From assembly GCA_013003075.1 (NCBI GenBank), contig JABDLJ010000012.1:1956-65955 (forward strand): a stretch of DNA of 64,000 bases. Direction: 5' to 3'. The stretch comes from Paracoccaceae bacterium (GTDB lineage Bacteria; Pseudomonadota; Alphaproteobacteria; Rhodobacterales; Rhodobacteraceae). Shown here one piece after another: positions 30,986-40,724 of this stretch. The notes below the pieces were generated by a model, which saw nothing but the letters and a program-made list of their open reading frames with translations, had not been told where the DNA came from and ran no database searches. The translations under genes and the position numbers were made by a program. The stretch's first letter is position 1. Every line of letters begins with the position of its first letter.

Positions 30986-31681
30986 CTAGGCGTCCTTGCC
31001 GGCAGAGGGTGGCGGCGCGTCCGCTTCTTGCGCTTGTTCAAGCCCGGCGCCCGGCCGCTGCCAGTTTATCTGCTCGGCCTTTTTGCCGAACCGGCGTCGC
31101 ACCGGCCGTTTGGCCGGGATCGCGTCTTGCGGCCGGCGACCGAAGGCGAGCGTGTCGCAAACCGTTCTGTGCACCGCTTCAAGCTCGGCCAGGGGGCCGT
31201 GTACCAGGCAGATCGGCTGCGCCCGTCCCTTGAGGCGCAAAAACAGCGCCGCGTCCTGAAAGTGGGCCTGCGGCCGCCCGATAAAGACGCTGACAACCTG
31301 TTTTTTGGCGAACTTGCGCGTCACGCGCGATCGGCCATGCGCGTTCAGTCTGCGCAGCCAGATTTCTTTCTTCGCCACATTGATGCCAAATTCCGGCTGA
31401 TATCCCCGCGTTCCGTAGACGTAAAGCGCAAGGCCCAGCGCGGCCGCTCCGATCGATACCGCAATCCGCGTCGGCAGCGCATCTGCGCCAATCGTGCCGT
31501 CGGGAAGCAGCCAGATCGTGCAGCCGCACAGGATAAAACCCGCGCCAAGGACGCCCAAAATGCGCTCTGCCGCCCGATGACCGCCCTTATTTCTATCGCG
31601 TTCGCGCACGATGAAGCTGTTTGGCGTTGTTGCCACCGCCAAAGCTTTCGACTGCGCGACCGGTGTTGCCAGATGATCCAT
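30986..31681 (-). CDS. Hypothetical membrane protein
   Basis: 231-aa ORF with two predicted TM helices (ILGVLGAGFILCGCTIWLL, IAVSIGAAALGLALYVY) followed by a soluble basic domain. I recognise no family. Confidence 0.6.
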   Translation of the reverse strand: MDHLATPVAQSKALAVATTPNSFIVRERDRNKGGHRAAERILGVLGAGFILCGCTIWLLPDGTIGADALPTRIAVSIGAAALGLALYVYGTRGYQPEFGINVAKKEIWLRRLNAHGRSRVTRKFAKKQVVSVFIGRPQAHFQDAALFLRLKGRAQPICLVHGPLAELEAVHRTVCDTLAFGRRPQDAIPAKRPVRRRFGKKAEQINWQRPGAGLEQAQEADAPPPSAGKDA

Positions 31682-31888
31682 GTGCCTGCTCGATTCTCGT
31701 TGTTGGATCTGTCCTGGACATTATCGTGACACCAAAAAAAGGAGCAGGCATGGCAATCGAGGGTTTATGTGCCTTAATTTCTGGGGCGCTGCGGCGGCGC
31801 CGGCGCACGCTTGCAGCCCGGGATGGACCGAAGAGAAAGACCAAACGCCTATGTCAGAATGATGCTTTCGCAGCATCTACCACGCGTC

Positions 31889-32992
31889 TTAAAGGATCGC
31901 ACGGAGCGCAGGCAGCCGCCGCAGCGCAGCGACAATCGGAAAGCACAAAAGCAGCGTCACAGCCGTCGCAAGCGCGAATTTCAAAAGCGCCGCCCAGTCA
32001 AACGGAATAAGGGCGCGCTGGACCAGGATGATGATGTAGAAATGGATCAGGTAGACGCCATAGACCTGCGGCCCAAGACGGCCAAGCCAGGGGCCAGGCG
32101 CGCTCAGCCGCGACCGGAAAAGCCCGGTGATCCCCATGATCATCGCGATGCAGACGAACCCCTCCATCACCGCCCAGATGCGCATGATCGGCAGCCAGGC
32201 GGGCAAATCGTCCTCGATGGCCACCAGCGGAATCGCCGCCGCATACAAAACCGCGCCGATCCAGAACCACGTATAGCAGGTGCGGCGCGGGATCTCGGTG
32301 AACCAGCGGCCGCGCCCCGCAAGGATACCGATCACAAACAGGCTAACATATTGAGGTAAATGGCCGATCTCTGACGGTATCACCCCGAAGATCATAACCC
32401 ACCGATCTTGTGGCCATTCGGTGCGCACGGCCGCGGTTGCCAACCCAAGGACAAGAAGATAGGCGAAAATCGCCCCATGCCCCGGCGGTTTTGGCCCCGG
32501 CCGGTCCTTGCGCGGCCCCACCAGCGCCCGCAAAAGCACGTAGAGACCGGAATAAATCAACAGGTGGAACACGAACCACAAATGATCTAGGTCGAATTTC
32601 AGCGCGCCGATGGACTCGCGCATCACAAAGCTCGCAAACCCGATAGGGGTGGGCGCCTCTAACCAGTTCCAGACCGGCAGAAAGACCAGCGCCGCGAAGG
32701 CCAGCGGGATCCCGAGGCGCACAAGCCGGCCTTTCAGGAACGCGCCCGGGCCTTTGCGGTCATAGCTGGCTTCGATGAAGTACGCCGCGATGAAAAAGAA
32801 GAACCCCATGAGAAACGCGGCATTGATCGAAAGAAAGATGAAAAGCCAATCGCTGTTGGCCGGGTCCGACACGGCCCAGGCCCCGCCCGTGGGCCCATAG
32901 GGTTGCGCCCCGTGCAGCCCAACGACCAGCGAGGTCAAAAGGACCCGGATCCATTGTACGAAGTGCAATTTTTCAGTTTCCAGAGCCATCAC
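31889..32992 (-). CDS. Acyltransferase family protein (acyltransferase_3 / OafA-like, multi-TM)
   Basis: 367-aa ORF that is highly hydrophobic (~10 TM). The N-terminal pattern (HFVQWIRVLLTSLVVGLHG) is typical of membrane O-acyltransferases. Confidence 0.8.
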   Translation of the reverse strand: MMALETEKLHFVQWIRVLLTSLVVGLHGAQPYGPTGGAWAVSDPANSDWLFIFLSINAAFLMGFFFFIAAYFIEASYDRKGPGAFLKGRLVRLGIPLAFAALVFLPVWNWLEAPTPIGFASFVMRESIGALKFDLDHLWFVFHLLIYSGLYVLLRALVGPRKDRPGPKPPGHGAIFAYLLVLGLATAAVRTEWPQDRWVMIFGVIPSEIGHLPQYVSLFVIGILAGRGRWFTEIPRRTCYTWFWIGAVLYAAAIPLVAIEDDLPAWLPIMRIWAVMEGFVCIAMIMGITGLFRSRLSAPGPWLGRLGPQVYGVYLIHFYIIILVQRALIPFDWAALLKFALATAVTLLLCFPIVAALRRLPALRAIL

Positions 32993-33293
32993 ACGCCAAG
33001 CCTCTCCCCGGTGAGAACTCCAACATCATCTGCCGCAGTGGCGCCGGTGGCCGTGATGCAGATCAATCGGGAAATTCGGCGACCGCAAGCGCCGGGTGTT
33101 TGAAGTAGAAGTCCGGTCGCCTCGGCCGCCGGCTTGTGCAGGCGACCTGTCCCGGATCCAAATCGCCGGAATTTGCCTGTCCAAAATCAGGTGCGCGGGC
33201 ACTTTGGCGCACGCCTCCGCCCTGTCGCTGCCCGCTCACCCGGGCGCTCTCAGAACAAGAAGCACTCGGCCTCACGAGGCGCAGACCGGCTCC

Positions 33294-33545
33294 TCAGTTC
33301 TCCTGCGCCTTCATCTGCTCCCACCGGCTTTTGCCGATGCGGACCATCCCGTCTTCGAGGCTTTCGGCCGCGCGTTTCATATCGGCGGTCTTCACCATCC
33401 GCTCGGGCACATCGACATCCTGCTCAAGCGTCGCCCGGGCCTCGGGGACGGATTTCTGGAGGTATCGCCAGATATCGACGTTCTCGACCAGCTTGCCGGC
33501 GCGGCGATCCAGCCGCGCGCGGGCAAGGCGGGCAGCGCGGGTCAT
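33294..33545 (-). CDS. Hypothetical small protein (83 aa)
   Basis: High-GC3 codon pattern and a charged, helical composition. I recognise no family. Confidence 0.5.
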   Translation of the reverse strand: MTRAARLARARLDRRAGKLVENVDIWRYLQKSVPEARATLEQDVDVPERMVKTADMKRAAESLEDGMVRIGKSRWEQMKAQEN

Positions 33546-33678
33546 GACAAAGCGTTTCGGCGGCTCCGGCTTGGGGATCGGGGCGCCTTGGGTTCGCGCC
33601 TGACTGCGGCAACACCGCTGACAGGCGGCAAGGGCGGCACGCGCAGGGTTCCGCCAAAAGGCAGGGGCGGCGCAGACC

Positions 33679-33707
33679 TTGCGAATCTAGCGATTTGTCC
33701 CTAGATA
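33679..33707 (+). promoter_or_regulatory. Sigma70-like promoter for the SRP RNA gene
   Basis: TTGCGA (33679-33684), a 17-nt spacer, then TAGATA (33702-33707). This places the start about 7 nt downstream, at the predicted 5' end of ffs. Confidence 0.55.
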
Positions 33708-33713
33708 AACACT

Positions 33714-33810
33714 TGAGAGGTTGGCGCGGGCAGGCACCTCGCCAACCCGGTCAGGTCCGGAAGGAAGCAGCCGTAACGAGCCTCGCTTGGGTCGTTGTCC
33801 AGCCTCTCAC
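33714..33810 (+). ncRNA. ffs: Signal recognition particle RNA (4.5S RNA, small bacterial type)
   Basis: Contains the invariant domain IV sequence ggtcaggtccggaaggaagcagcc. The terminal helix tgagaggttgg / ccagcctctca closes the molecule. It lies upstream of dnaX, the classical position. Confidence 0.9.
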
Positions 33811-33858
33811 CTTTACCCTTATTCAGTGGTGTCGGCGCCATGCAGCGCAGGCGCCGGT

Positions 33859-34149
33859 TCAGGTCAGGATCACGACAATCGTGAACGCCATCAGCCCGGC
33901 CAGGACCAGCGGCGCCGCGGTGATCTTTCGCATCGACGATCCTTTGGGCCATTGCCGCCCCAGCCCCCAGATCGCAAAGGCCAGAATGCCGGCGATCCCC
34001 TGCCAGCCCATCCACAGCTCCAGTCGTTCCGAGAGCGGACCGAAATCGTTGCGCGCGCTTCGGCCCTGCGCCAGGAACGAGGCCATGAACGCCAGTACCC
34101 AGGCCGCGCAGATCGCGGTCAGCCAATGGCGTGTCTTGTCGTCTGGCAT
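33859..34149 (-). CDS. Hypothetical small membrane protein (96 aa, ~3 TM)
   Basis: High-GC3 ORF with three hydrophobic segments (WLTAICAAWVLAFMASFL, GIAGILAFAIWGL, LVLAGLMAFTIVVIL). It lies between ffs and dnaX on the opposite strand. Confidence 0.55.
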   Translation of the reverse strand: MPDDKTRHWLTAICAAWVLAFMASFLAQGRSARNDFGPLSERLELWMGWQGIAGILAFAIWGLGRQWPKGSSMRKITAAPLVLAGLMAFTIVVILT

Positions 34150-34329
34150 ATCCCGATCCAGCTCTCTTTTCCCGCTGTCTCGTCTACCGTGCCATCACTT
34201 GCGAGGAAAGCCGCAAGTCGGCGGCAGGCCGGCGCGGCCGCGCCCCGCGGTCGGTTACGTAGAGTCTGCGGTGGACCTCCCTGCCGCCTCCGCCTAGATT
34301 CGACACTGCACGCGAATCCCGGAGCATTC

Positions 34330-36126
34330 ATGCCTGAAGACACCCCGACCGGCTACCAGGTCCTTGCGCGGAAATACCGCCCGGAAACCTTTGCCGACCT
34401 GGTCGGTCAGGACGCGATGGTCCGTACCCTGAAGAATGCCTTCAAGGCCGATCGCATCGCCCAGGCCTTCATCATGACCGGTATCCGCGGTACTGGGAAA
34501 ACCACCACGGCGCGGATCATCGCCAAGGGCATGAACTGCATCGGCCCCGATGGCAAAGGCGGCCCGACCACCGAACCCTGCGGCACCTGCGAGCATTGCG
34601 TGGCCATCATGGAAGGGCGCCATGTCGACGTGATGGAGATGGACGCTGCCTCGCGCACCGGTGTCGGCGACATCCGAGAGATCATCGACAGCGTCGCCTA
34701 CCGCGCCGCCTCGGCGCGCTACAAGATCTACATCATCGACGAAGTGCACATGCTCTCTACGAGCGCGTTCAACGCGCTTCTCAAGACGCTGGAAGAGCCG
34801 CCCGCGCATGTGAAATTCATCTTTGCGACGACAGAGATCCGCAAGGTTCCGGTCACCGTTCTGTCGCGCTGCCAGCGTTTCGATCTGCGCCGAATCGAGC
34901 CCGAAGACATGATCGCGATGCTGCAAAGGATCGCGGCCTCCGAAAAGGCCCAGATTGCCGAGGACGCCCTTGCGCTGATCACCCGCGCCGCCGAGGGATC
35001 GGCCCGAGATGCCACGTCCCTTCTGGATCAGGCGATCAGCCACGGCGCCGGCGAGACTACCGCAGATCAGGTCCGCGCCATGCTTGGGCTCGCCGATCGC
35101 GGCCGGGTTCTCGATCTCTTCGATCTGGTGATGAAGGGTGATGCGCCTTCCGCGCTGGCCGAGCTGTCCAGCCAGTATGCCGGAGGCGCAGACCCGATGG
35201 CGGTGCTGCGCGATCTGGCAGAGGTCACCCACTGGATCAGCGTCATCAAGATCACGCCCGATGCCGCCGGCGATCCCACGGTCTCGCCTGACGAACGGAT
35301 GCGCGGCGTCCAGATGGCAAAGGCGCTGCCGATGCGGGTTCTGACCCGAATGTGGCAGATGCTGCTGAAGGCGCTGGAAGAGGTCGCCGCCGCGCCCAAC
35401 GCGATGATGGCCGCCGAGATGGCGGTGATCCGCCTGACCCACGTGGCGGACCTGCCCACGCCCGAAGACCTGGTGCGAAAGCTGAAGGACGCGCCGCCCG
35501 TGCCGCCGGGCGGCGGTGGCCAATCGCAGCCCACGACAGGCGCAGCGCACGCAGCCAGCCCATCTGCGTCTGCCCCGGCGCCGGCCACTTCCAGCACTGC
35601 GCCCGCCCTGCATGCGCCCACCCAAAACCAGGGCGGCACCACCGCATACGGCGCAGCCACCGCGCTGTCGCGCGCGCCCGACACCTCGCTTGCACGGTTC
35701 GCCCGGTTCGAGGACGTGGTCGAACTGGTGCGCTCCAACCGCGACGTCAAGCTCTTGGTCGAGATCGAGACTGCCCTGCGCGTGGTCAGCTACGCCCCGG
35801 GCCGCATCACCTTCCAGCCGACCGAGGCGGCGCCCGCGGACCTTGCACAGCGGCTCGGTGCCCGGCTGCAAACCTGGAGCGGCGTGCGCTGGGCGATTTC
35901 GGTCGCCAGCGAGGGCGGCGGGCGCACCATCGCCGAAGAACGCGACACGGCAAGGTTGAAACTGGAACAACAGGCGCGCAGTCACCCGCTTGTCGAAGCG
36001 GTTTTCGCGGCCTTTCCCGCGGCAAAAATCACTGAAATCAGAACCCATTCCGATCTCGAAGCCGAGGCTGCCGAACAGGCACTCCCGGAGGTCGACGAAG
36101 AATGGGATCCCTTCGAAGACGACTAA
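34330..36126 (+). CDS. dnaX: DNA polymerase III subunit gamma/tau
   Basis: Start at ATG 34330 (MPEDTPTGYQVLARKYRPETFADLVGQ) with a GGAG RBS. It carries Walker A GIRGTGKTTTARI and a zinc motif CGTCEHC. The track ORF start at 33721 reads through the ffs gene. Confidence 0.95.
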   Translation: MPEDTPTGYQVLARKYRPETFADLVGQDAMVRTLKNAFKADRIAQAFIMTGIRGTGKTTTARIIAKGMNCIGPDGKGGPTTEPCGTCEHCVAIMEGRHVDVMEMDAASRTGVGDIREIIDSVAYRAASARYKIYIIDEVHMLSTSAFNALLKTLEEPPAHVKFIFATTEIRKVPVTVLSRCQRFDLRRIEPEDMIAMLQRIAASEKAQIAEDALALITRAAEGSARDATSLLDQAISHGAGETTADQVRAMLGLADRGRVLDLFDLVMKGDAPSALAELSSQYAGGADPMAVLRDLAEVTHWISVIKITPDAAGDPTVSPDERMRGVQMAKALPMRVLTRMWQMLLKALEEVAAAPNAMMAAEMAVIRLTHVADLPTPEDLVRKLKDAPPVPPGGGGQSQPTTGAAHAASPSASAPAPATSSTAPALHAPTQNQGGTTAYGAATALSRAPDTSLARFARFEDVVELVRSNRDVKLLVEIETALRVVSYAPGRITFQPTEAAPADLAQRLGARLQTWSGVRWAISVASEGGGRTIAEERDTARLKLEQQARSHPLVEAVFAAFPAAKITEIRTHSDLEAEAAEQALPEVDEEWDPFEDD

Positions 36127-36136
36127 GGAGAAGACG

Positions 36137-36481
36137 ATGTTCAAAGGATTAGGCGGGCTCGGCGACATGGCCAAGATGGCCAAGGCCGCGCAGGAAATGC
36201 AGACCAAGATGGCCCAGATGCAGGAGGACCTTAATACCATCTCGGTCGTCGGCGAAAGCGGTGCCGGGCTTGTCAAGGCGACCGCCACCGCCAAGGGAGA
36301 GCTGACCGCACTCGATATCGATCCGACGATCTTCAACCCCGACGAAAAGGAAGTCGTCGAGGACCTGATCCTCGCCGCGATCAAGGATGCGCAAGCGAAG
36401 GCGCAGGACCGCAGTCAGGAAGAAATGCGCAAGCTGACAGAGGCGATGGGGTTGCCGGCGGACATGAAGCTGCCATTCTGA
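36137..36481 (+). CDS. ybaB: YbaB/EbfC family nucleoid-associated protein
   Basis: Start at ATG 36137 ([22 protein letters not shown]) with an AAGGAG RBS. Position matches dnaX-ybaB-recR synteny. Confidence 0.92.
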   Translation: MFKGLGGLGDMAKMAKAAQEMQTKMAQMQEDLNTISVVGESGAGLVKATATAKGELTALDIDPTIFNPDEKEVVEDLILAAIKDAQAKAQDRSQEEMRKLTEAMGLPADMKLPF

Positions 36482-36488
36482 GCGCTCT

Positions 36489-37085
36489 GTGACCGACGCC
36501 CCCAAAGATATCGATGCGCTGATCGAAGTGATGGCGCGACTGCCGGGCCTCGGCCCGCGTTCGGCGCGGCGCGCGGTCCTGCACATGATCAAGAAGCGCA
36601 CGCTCTTGCTGACACCGCTTGCCGATCTGATGCACAAGGTGGCGGCGACCGCCCGGGAATGCCTGAACTGCGGCAATATCGGCACCCGGGATATCTGCGA
36701 GATCTGCAGCGCGGAAAAGCGCGCCAACGGCGAGCTCTGCGTGGTCGAAGACGTTGCCGATCTCTGGGCGATGGAACGCGGCGGCGTCTTCAAGGGCCGC
36801 TACCACGTGCTTGGCGGAACCCTGTCGGCGCTCGATGCCGTCGGCCCCGAAGAGCTGCGCATCCCCAAGCTGATCGACCGGATCGCTGCCGAAGGCATCA
36901 CCGAGGTGATCCTCGCCCTCAACGCTACGATCGATGGTCAAACCACGGCCCATTACATCGCCGACCAGATCGGCCAGACCGTCACTGTCACCTCGCTCGC
37001 CCAGGGTGTGCCGATCGGCGGGGAGCTGGACTATCTCGACGACGGAACGATCACCGCGGCGCTCCGCGCCCGCAAATCCTTCTGA
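36489..37085 (+). CDS. recR: Recombination mediator protein RecR
   Basis: 198-aa ORF (GTG start) with zinc finger [16 protein letters not shown] and a Toprim domain. Confidence 0.95.
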   Translation: MTDAPKDIDALIEVMARLPGLGPRSARRAVLHMIKKRTLLLTPLADLMHKVAATARECLNCGNIGTRDICEICSAEKRANGELCVVEDVADLWAMERGGVFKGRYHVLGGTLSALDAVGPEELRIPKLIDRIAAEGITEVILALNATIDGQTTAHYIADQIGQTVTVTSLAQGVPIGGELDYLDDGTITAALRARKSF

Positions 37086-37130
37086 GGCCTCCGGCTTCAT
37101 CTGGCCAGAAATACCTTCGCCGAAGGCAAG

Positions 37131-37166
37131 AAAAAACCGGAGCCAACGGCTCCGGCCTCTTTTCTT
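37131..37166. terminator. Bidirectional Rho-independent terminator between recR and the convergent DUF1013 gene
   Basis: aaaaaa-ccggagcc-aac-ggctccgg-cctcttttctt. The 8-bp GC stem is flanked by an A-run and a T-rich run. Confidence 0.7.
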
Positions 37167-37181
37167 AGTCGCTCGACGCGA

Positions 37182-37937
37182 TCAATCCTTGTCGCCGTCC
37201 TCGTCGTCATCATTGTCCGGCAGGTTGAAGAAGCTCTCGGCGTCGGGTGTCTCGTCGTCCTTGTCCTCGTCCTCATCGGCAGTGCCGCTCAGCGAAAAGG
37301 TCTCGAGCCCCGAGATCGCCGTTGGGATACGCGGCTCGGCTTCCATGCCCAGCGACTGCTCGGTCGATACCAGCTTGCGCCGCTCGTCATCGGACATCAC
37401 GACGCCTTCCTTGGCCTTCTTGGCGGCGGCTTTCTGAACGGCTGCGTCCAATTCGGACTGCTTGGTCAGACCCAACGCTACCGGATCGACCGGCTGGATG
37501 CTGGAAATGTTCCAGTGCGTGCGCTCACGGATCGACTGGATCGTCGGCTTGGTCGTTCCGACAAGCTTCGAGATCTGGGCATCCGACAATTCGGGATGGA
37601 ACTTCACCAGCCACAGGATCGCGGCCGGGCGGTCCTGCCGCTTGGACAGAGGCGTGTAGCGCGGCCCGCAGCGCTTTTCCTCGCCGACAGCCGCGGCATT
37701 GAACTTCAGCTTAAGCGTATGCAGCGGGTCCTTTTCGGCGGCATCGATCTCGGACTGCTCGAGCTGATTGTTGGCGATCGGGTCGAACCCCTTGACGCCA
37801 GTCGCGACGTCGCCATCGGCGATGCCCTGGACTTCAAGCTCGTGCAGGCCGCAGAAATCAGCGATCTGCTTGAAGCTGATCGTCGTGTTGTCCACCAGCC
37901 AGACGGCTGTTGCTTTGGCCATGATCGGTTTGTTCAT
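37182..37937 (-). CDS. DUF1013-family protein (TrcR-like cell-cycle transcriptional regulator of alphaproteobacteria)
   Basis: 251-aa ORF. The N-terminus (MAKATAVWLVDNTTISFKQIADFCGLHELEVQGIADG) is characteristic of this alphaproteobacterial family as I recall it. The C-terminal tail is extremely acidic. Confidence 0.75.
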   Translation of the reverse strand: MNKPIMAKATAVWLVDNTTISFKQIADFCGLHELEVQGIADGDVATGVKGFDPIANNQLEQSEIDAAEKDPLHTLKLKFNAAAVGEEKRCGPRYTPLSKRQDRPAAILWLVKFHPELSDAQISKLVGTTKPTIQSIRERTHWNISSIQPVDPVALGLTKQSELDAAVQKAAAKKAKEGVVMSDDERRKLVSTEQSLGMEAEPRIPTAISGLETFSLSGTADEDEDKDDETPDAESFFNLPDNDDDEDGDKD

Positions 37938-38061
37938 TCGCCTTCTCCTTTGGCAAATCTTCCCCGCGCCGGGAAAACGGCTGTTCCGGGCTGGAACGTT
38001 TCCTCGTTTTCGGGGAGGTTGGCAGGTATATAGTCATCCTTTGCAGCTGAGGGAAGAGGAA

Positions 38062-38691
38062 ATGCGCTGGTTTGCACTCTGGCTTTTCCTGCCCTGCCTA
38101 GCCCTGGCAGAGAGTGAACGTGCCGGGGATTTCGACTACTATGTGCTGTCGCTCAGCTGGTCGCCGACATGGTGCGCGCTGGAGGGCGATGCGCGCGGCT
38201 CGCCGCAATGCGACGCGGCACAGGATTTCGGCTGGGTGCTGCATGGGCTCTGGCCGCAATACGAGATCGGCTGGCCCAGCTATTGCCGAACCGGCGCCCG
38301 TGACCCCTCGCGGACGCAAACCCGGGCGATGGCCGACATCATGGGTTCATCGGGGCTGGCATGGCACCAGTGGAAAAAACACGGTCGCTGCTCGGGCCTG
38401 AGCGCAAAGGACTATTTCAAGGCCTCGCGCGACGCATACGCACGCATCGTACGGCCAGAGCTCTTCCGCCGTCTGGAACGCTCGATCGAGGTGCCGGCAT
38501 CGGTGATCGAACAGGCGTTCCTGCGTGACAATGCCGGGCTGGAGCCGGACATGCTGACCATCACTTGCAAGGCGGGACGCATCCAGGAGGCCCGGCTTTG
38601 CCTGACCCGGGGCCTGGAGCCGCGCGCCTGCGGGCGCGACGTCGTGCGCGATTGCCAGATGGACAACGCCCTTTTCGATCCGGTCCGTTGA
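38062..38691 (+). CDS. Ribonuclease T2 family protein (secreted/periplasmic)
   Basis: Start at ATG 38062 (MRWFALWLFLPCLALA, a signal peptide). It carries the CAS I motif HGLWPQ and the CAS II-like motif WKKHGRCSG. Confidence 0.85.
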   Translation: MRWFALWLFLPCLALAESERAGDFDYYVLSLSWSPTWCALEGDARGSPQCDAAQDFGWVLHGLWPQYEIGWPSYCRTGARDPSRTQTRAMADIMGSSGLAWHQWKKHGRCSGLSAKDYFKASRDAYARIVRPELFRRLERSIEVPASVIEQAFLRDNAGLEPDMLTITCKAGRIQEARLCLTRGLEPRACGRDVVRDCQMDNALFDPVR

Positions 38692-38700
38692 AACCTTCTT

Positions 38701-38722
38701 GCCTCCGGCGGAGGTATTATTT
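38701..38722 (+). terminator. Weak candidate terminator after the RNase T2 gene
   Basis: A short hairpin (cctcc-ggc-ggagg) followed by tattatttgg. The stem is only 5-6 bp. Confidence 0.35.
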
Positions 38723-38734
38723 GGCCAGGTGAAC

Positions 38735-39916
38735 TTACGGAAGCCCCGCTTCGGCGGCGATTTCGCGGCGCGATTTGCGGGCGCGTTCGGTTTCCGACTT
38801 CAGCTGACCGCAGGCCGCCATGATGTCTTCGCCGCGCGGGGTGCGGATTGGCGAGGCGTATCCTGCCTTGTAGATGATGTCGGCAAAGGCGCGGATACGA
38901 TTGTTGGAAGAGCGCTGGTAGGGCGCGCCGGGCCATTCATTGAACGGGATCAGGTTGATCTTCGCCGGAATACCCTCGATCAGCTTGATCAGGCGGCGCG
39001 CGTCCTCGTCGCTGTCGTTGACGCCTTTCAGCATCACGTATTCGAAGGTGATGCGTTCGGAATTGCTGGCCTTGGGATAGTCGCGCAGGGCGTTCAGCAG
39101 GGTTTCGATATTCCAGCGTCTGTTGATCGGCACCAGCGTGTTGCGCACCTCGTCGGTCGTGGCGTGAAACGAGACTGCCAGAAGGCAGCCGATTTCCTCG
39201 GCCGTGCGCGCGATCTCGGGGACGACACCCGAGGTCGACAACGTGATGCGGCGGCGCGACAGCGAAATGCCTTCGGGATCCATCGCGATCTTCATCGCAT
39301 CGCGCACCGCTACGAAATTATAAAGCGGCTCGCCCATGCCCATCAGGACGATATTGCTCAGAAGGCGTGCTTCGTCCTTGGGATTGCGGCCAGGCGCTGG
39401 CCACTCGCCCAGATCGTCACGGGCCAGCATTACCTGTCCGACGATCTCGGCCGCCGTGAGGTTGCGCACCAGCTTCTGGGTTCCGGTGTGGCAAAACGAG
39501 CAGGTGAGCGTGCAGCCGACCTGAGAAGAGATGCAAAGCGTGCCGCGTCCTTCTTCGGGGATGTAGACAGTTTCCACCTCGTGCCCGCCTGCGATCCGCA
39601 CCAGGTACTTGCGGGTGCCGTCTTCAGAGACCTGGCGGGTGACGACCTGCGGGATCTCGATCACGAAATGCTCGGCCAGCATTGCCCGATAGGGTTTGGC
39701 CAGGTTGGTCATCAAACCAAAATCGCGGACGCCCTTTTGGTAGATCCACTGCCAGATCTGGCCAACCCGCATTTTCGCCTGCCGCTCGGGCGTGCCGGCG
39801 GCGATCAGCGCATCGCGCATCGCATCACGCGTCAGCCCGACGAGATTCTGAGGCCCCTGCGGCAGCTTGCGCGGAAGGGTCAGAACGTCCTGGGTGATGG
39901 GCGCTGTTGCGGCCAT
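38735..39916 (-). CDS. rlmN: 23S rRNA (adenine2503-C2)-methyltransferase / tRNA methyltransferase RlmN (radical SAM)
   Basis: 393-aa ORF with radical SAM motif [11 protein letters not shown] and conserved RlmN length and ends. Confidence 0.93.
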   Translation of the reverse strand: MAATAPITQDVLTLPRKLPQGPQNLVGLTRDAMRDALIAAGTPERQAKMRVGQIWQWIYQKGVRDFGLMTNLAKPYRAMLAEHFVIEIPQVVTRQVSEDGTRKYLVRIAGGHEVETVYIPEEGRGTLCISSQVGCTLTCSFCHTGTQKLVRNLTAAEIVGQVMLARDDLGEWPAPGRNPKDEARLLSNIVLMGMGEPLYNFVAVRDAMKIAMDPEGISLSRRRITLSTSGVVPEIARTAEEIGCLLAVSFHATTDEVRNTLVPINRRWNIETLLNALRDYPKASNSERITFEYVMLKGVNDSDEDARRLIKLIEGIPAKINLIPFNEWPGAPYQRSSNNRIRAFADIIYKAGYASPIRTPRGEDIMAACGQLKSETERARKSRREIAAEAGLP

Positions 39917-40023
39917 GGCGTGAGGTGTCCTTTCAAAGCCCGGCCGGGCCTACAGGATTCGGCAGCACAAATAAAGCCGGCGCCGCACGGACGCCTTTGC
40001 GATCCGCAATGGCAGTGGTCGGC

Positions 40024-40551
40024 TTAGGAGGCGCAGCGCTGTTCGGCTTCTTCAAGCGCCGCCGTCAGCCCCAGAAGCGAGAAGGTATCCCGCGTCACCG
40101 TGCCGCGGGCCGAACGAGCGGTGACCACCGCCAGCGTGCCGCGTTTCATCGCCGTGACGATTTTTGCATCGTCGCTGATCGAGGCCGGCCAAGCCCATTC
40201 CCCTTCGGTAAAAAGTTCGAAGGTGTTGTCGCCGATCTCAAGAGTGACGGTCGATCCGCCGGCAAAGGGATAACCCCCGGTAAAGGAGACCTCGCCGGTC
40301 ACGCCCGCGTCCGGCCGGTAGCTGACAAACAGCAGGATGTCGCCGCGCCGCACGGCAACCACGCGGCCATCGCGGGTGTTGACCGTTTCCTTGGGCGCAG
40401 ACACGCTCCAGCATTCTGTGGGGTTGCTCTCGACGAAGACCGACCAATCGGTTTTCGCGGCAACGCGGTTCGACGATTCCTGTGCTTGAGATGTCGCGCC
40501 GCCAAAAGTAATTGCGACCGCAATCAGGCCAGTGAATAGGTGTGACCTCAT
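40024..40551 (-). CDS. Invasion-associated locus B (IalB) family protein
   Basis: Start at ATG 40551 (MRSHLFTGLIAVAITFGGATSQAQ, a signal peptide). The mature part contains WSVFVESNPTECWSV, typical of IalB-like periplasmic proteins. Confidence 0.75.
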   Translation of the reverse strand: MRSHLFTGLIAVAITFGGATSQAQESSNRVAAKTDWSVFVESNPTECWSVSAPKETVNTRDGRVVAVRRGDILLFVSYRPDAGVTGEVSFTGGYPFAGGSTVTLEIGDNTFELFTEGEWAWPASISDDAKIVTAMKRGTLAVVTARSARGTVTRDTFSLLGLTAALEEAEQRCAS

Positions 40552-40724
40552 ACGTCTTACAGCCTCCAGCTGTCTCTGCCTCTGCATCTGGCCCTGCGCC
40601 ATTTTCTGGCTGTCTAATTCGGGTGGCAACGCTAATCTATACCGAGCCGAATACTAGCGGAACTCAGAGAGGGTTTAAAACCCCTTGTACGCGTTTTCCA
40701 GCAACAAATGAAAGTCGTGTCCCG

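Noticed and set aside
33721-34329. N-terminal 203-codon extension of the dnaX ORF
   Set aside because: It reads through the SRP RNA gene and a region better explained by an opposite-strand ORF. The conserved DnaX N-terminus and a GGAG RBS occur at 34330.
34330-36126. Programmed -1 frameshift site in dnaX (E. coli type A AAA AAG)
   Set aside because: I found no A-rich slippery heptamer in the gene; the longest A-run I saw is 5 nt, near 36023. I therefore make no claim of a frameshift-derived gamma subunit.
34294-36384. 696-aa minus-strand ORF covering all of dnaX and ybaB
   Set aside because: It is antisense to dnaX, and its composition (Arg/Gly/Ala-rich) shows no motifs. This is the GC-rich shadow-ORF artefact.
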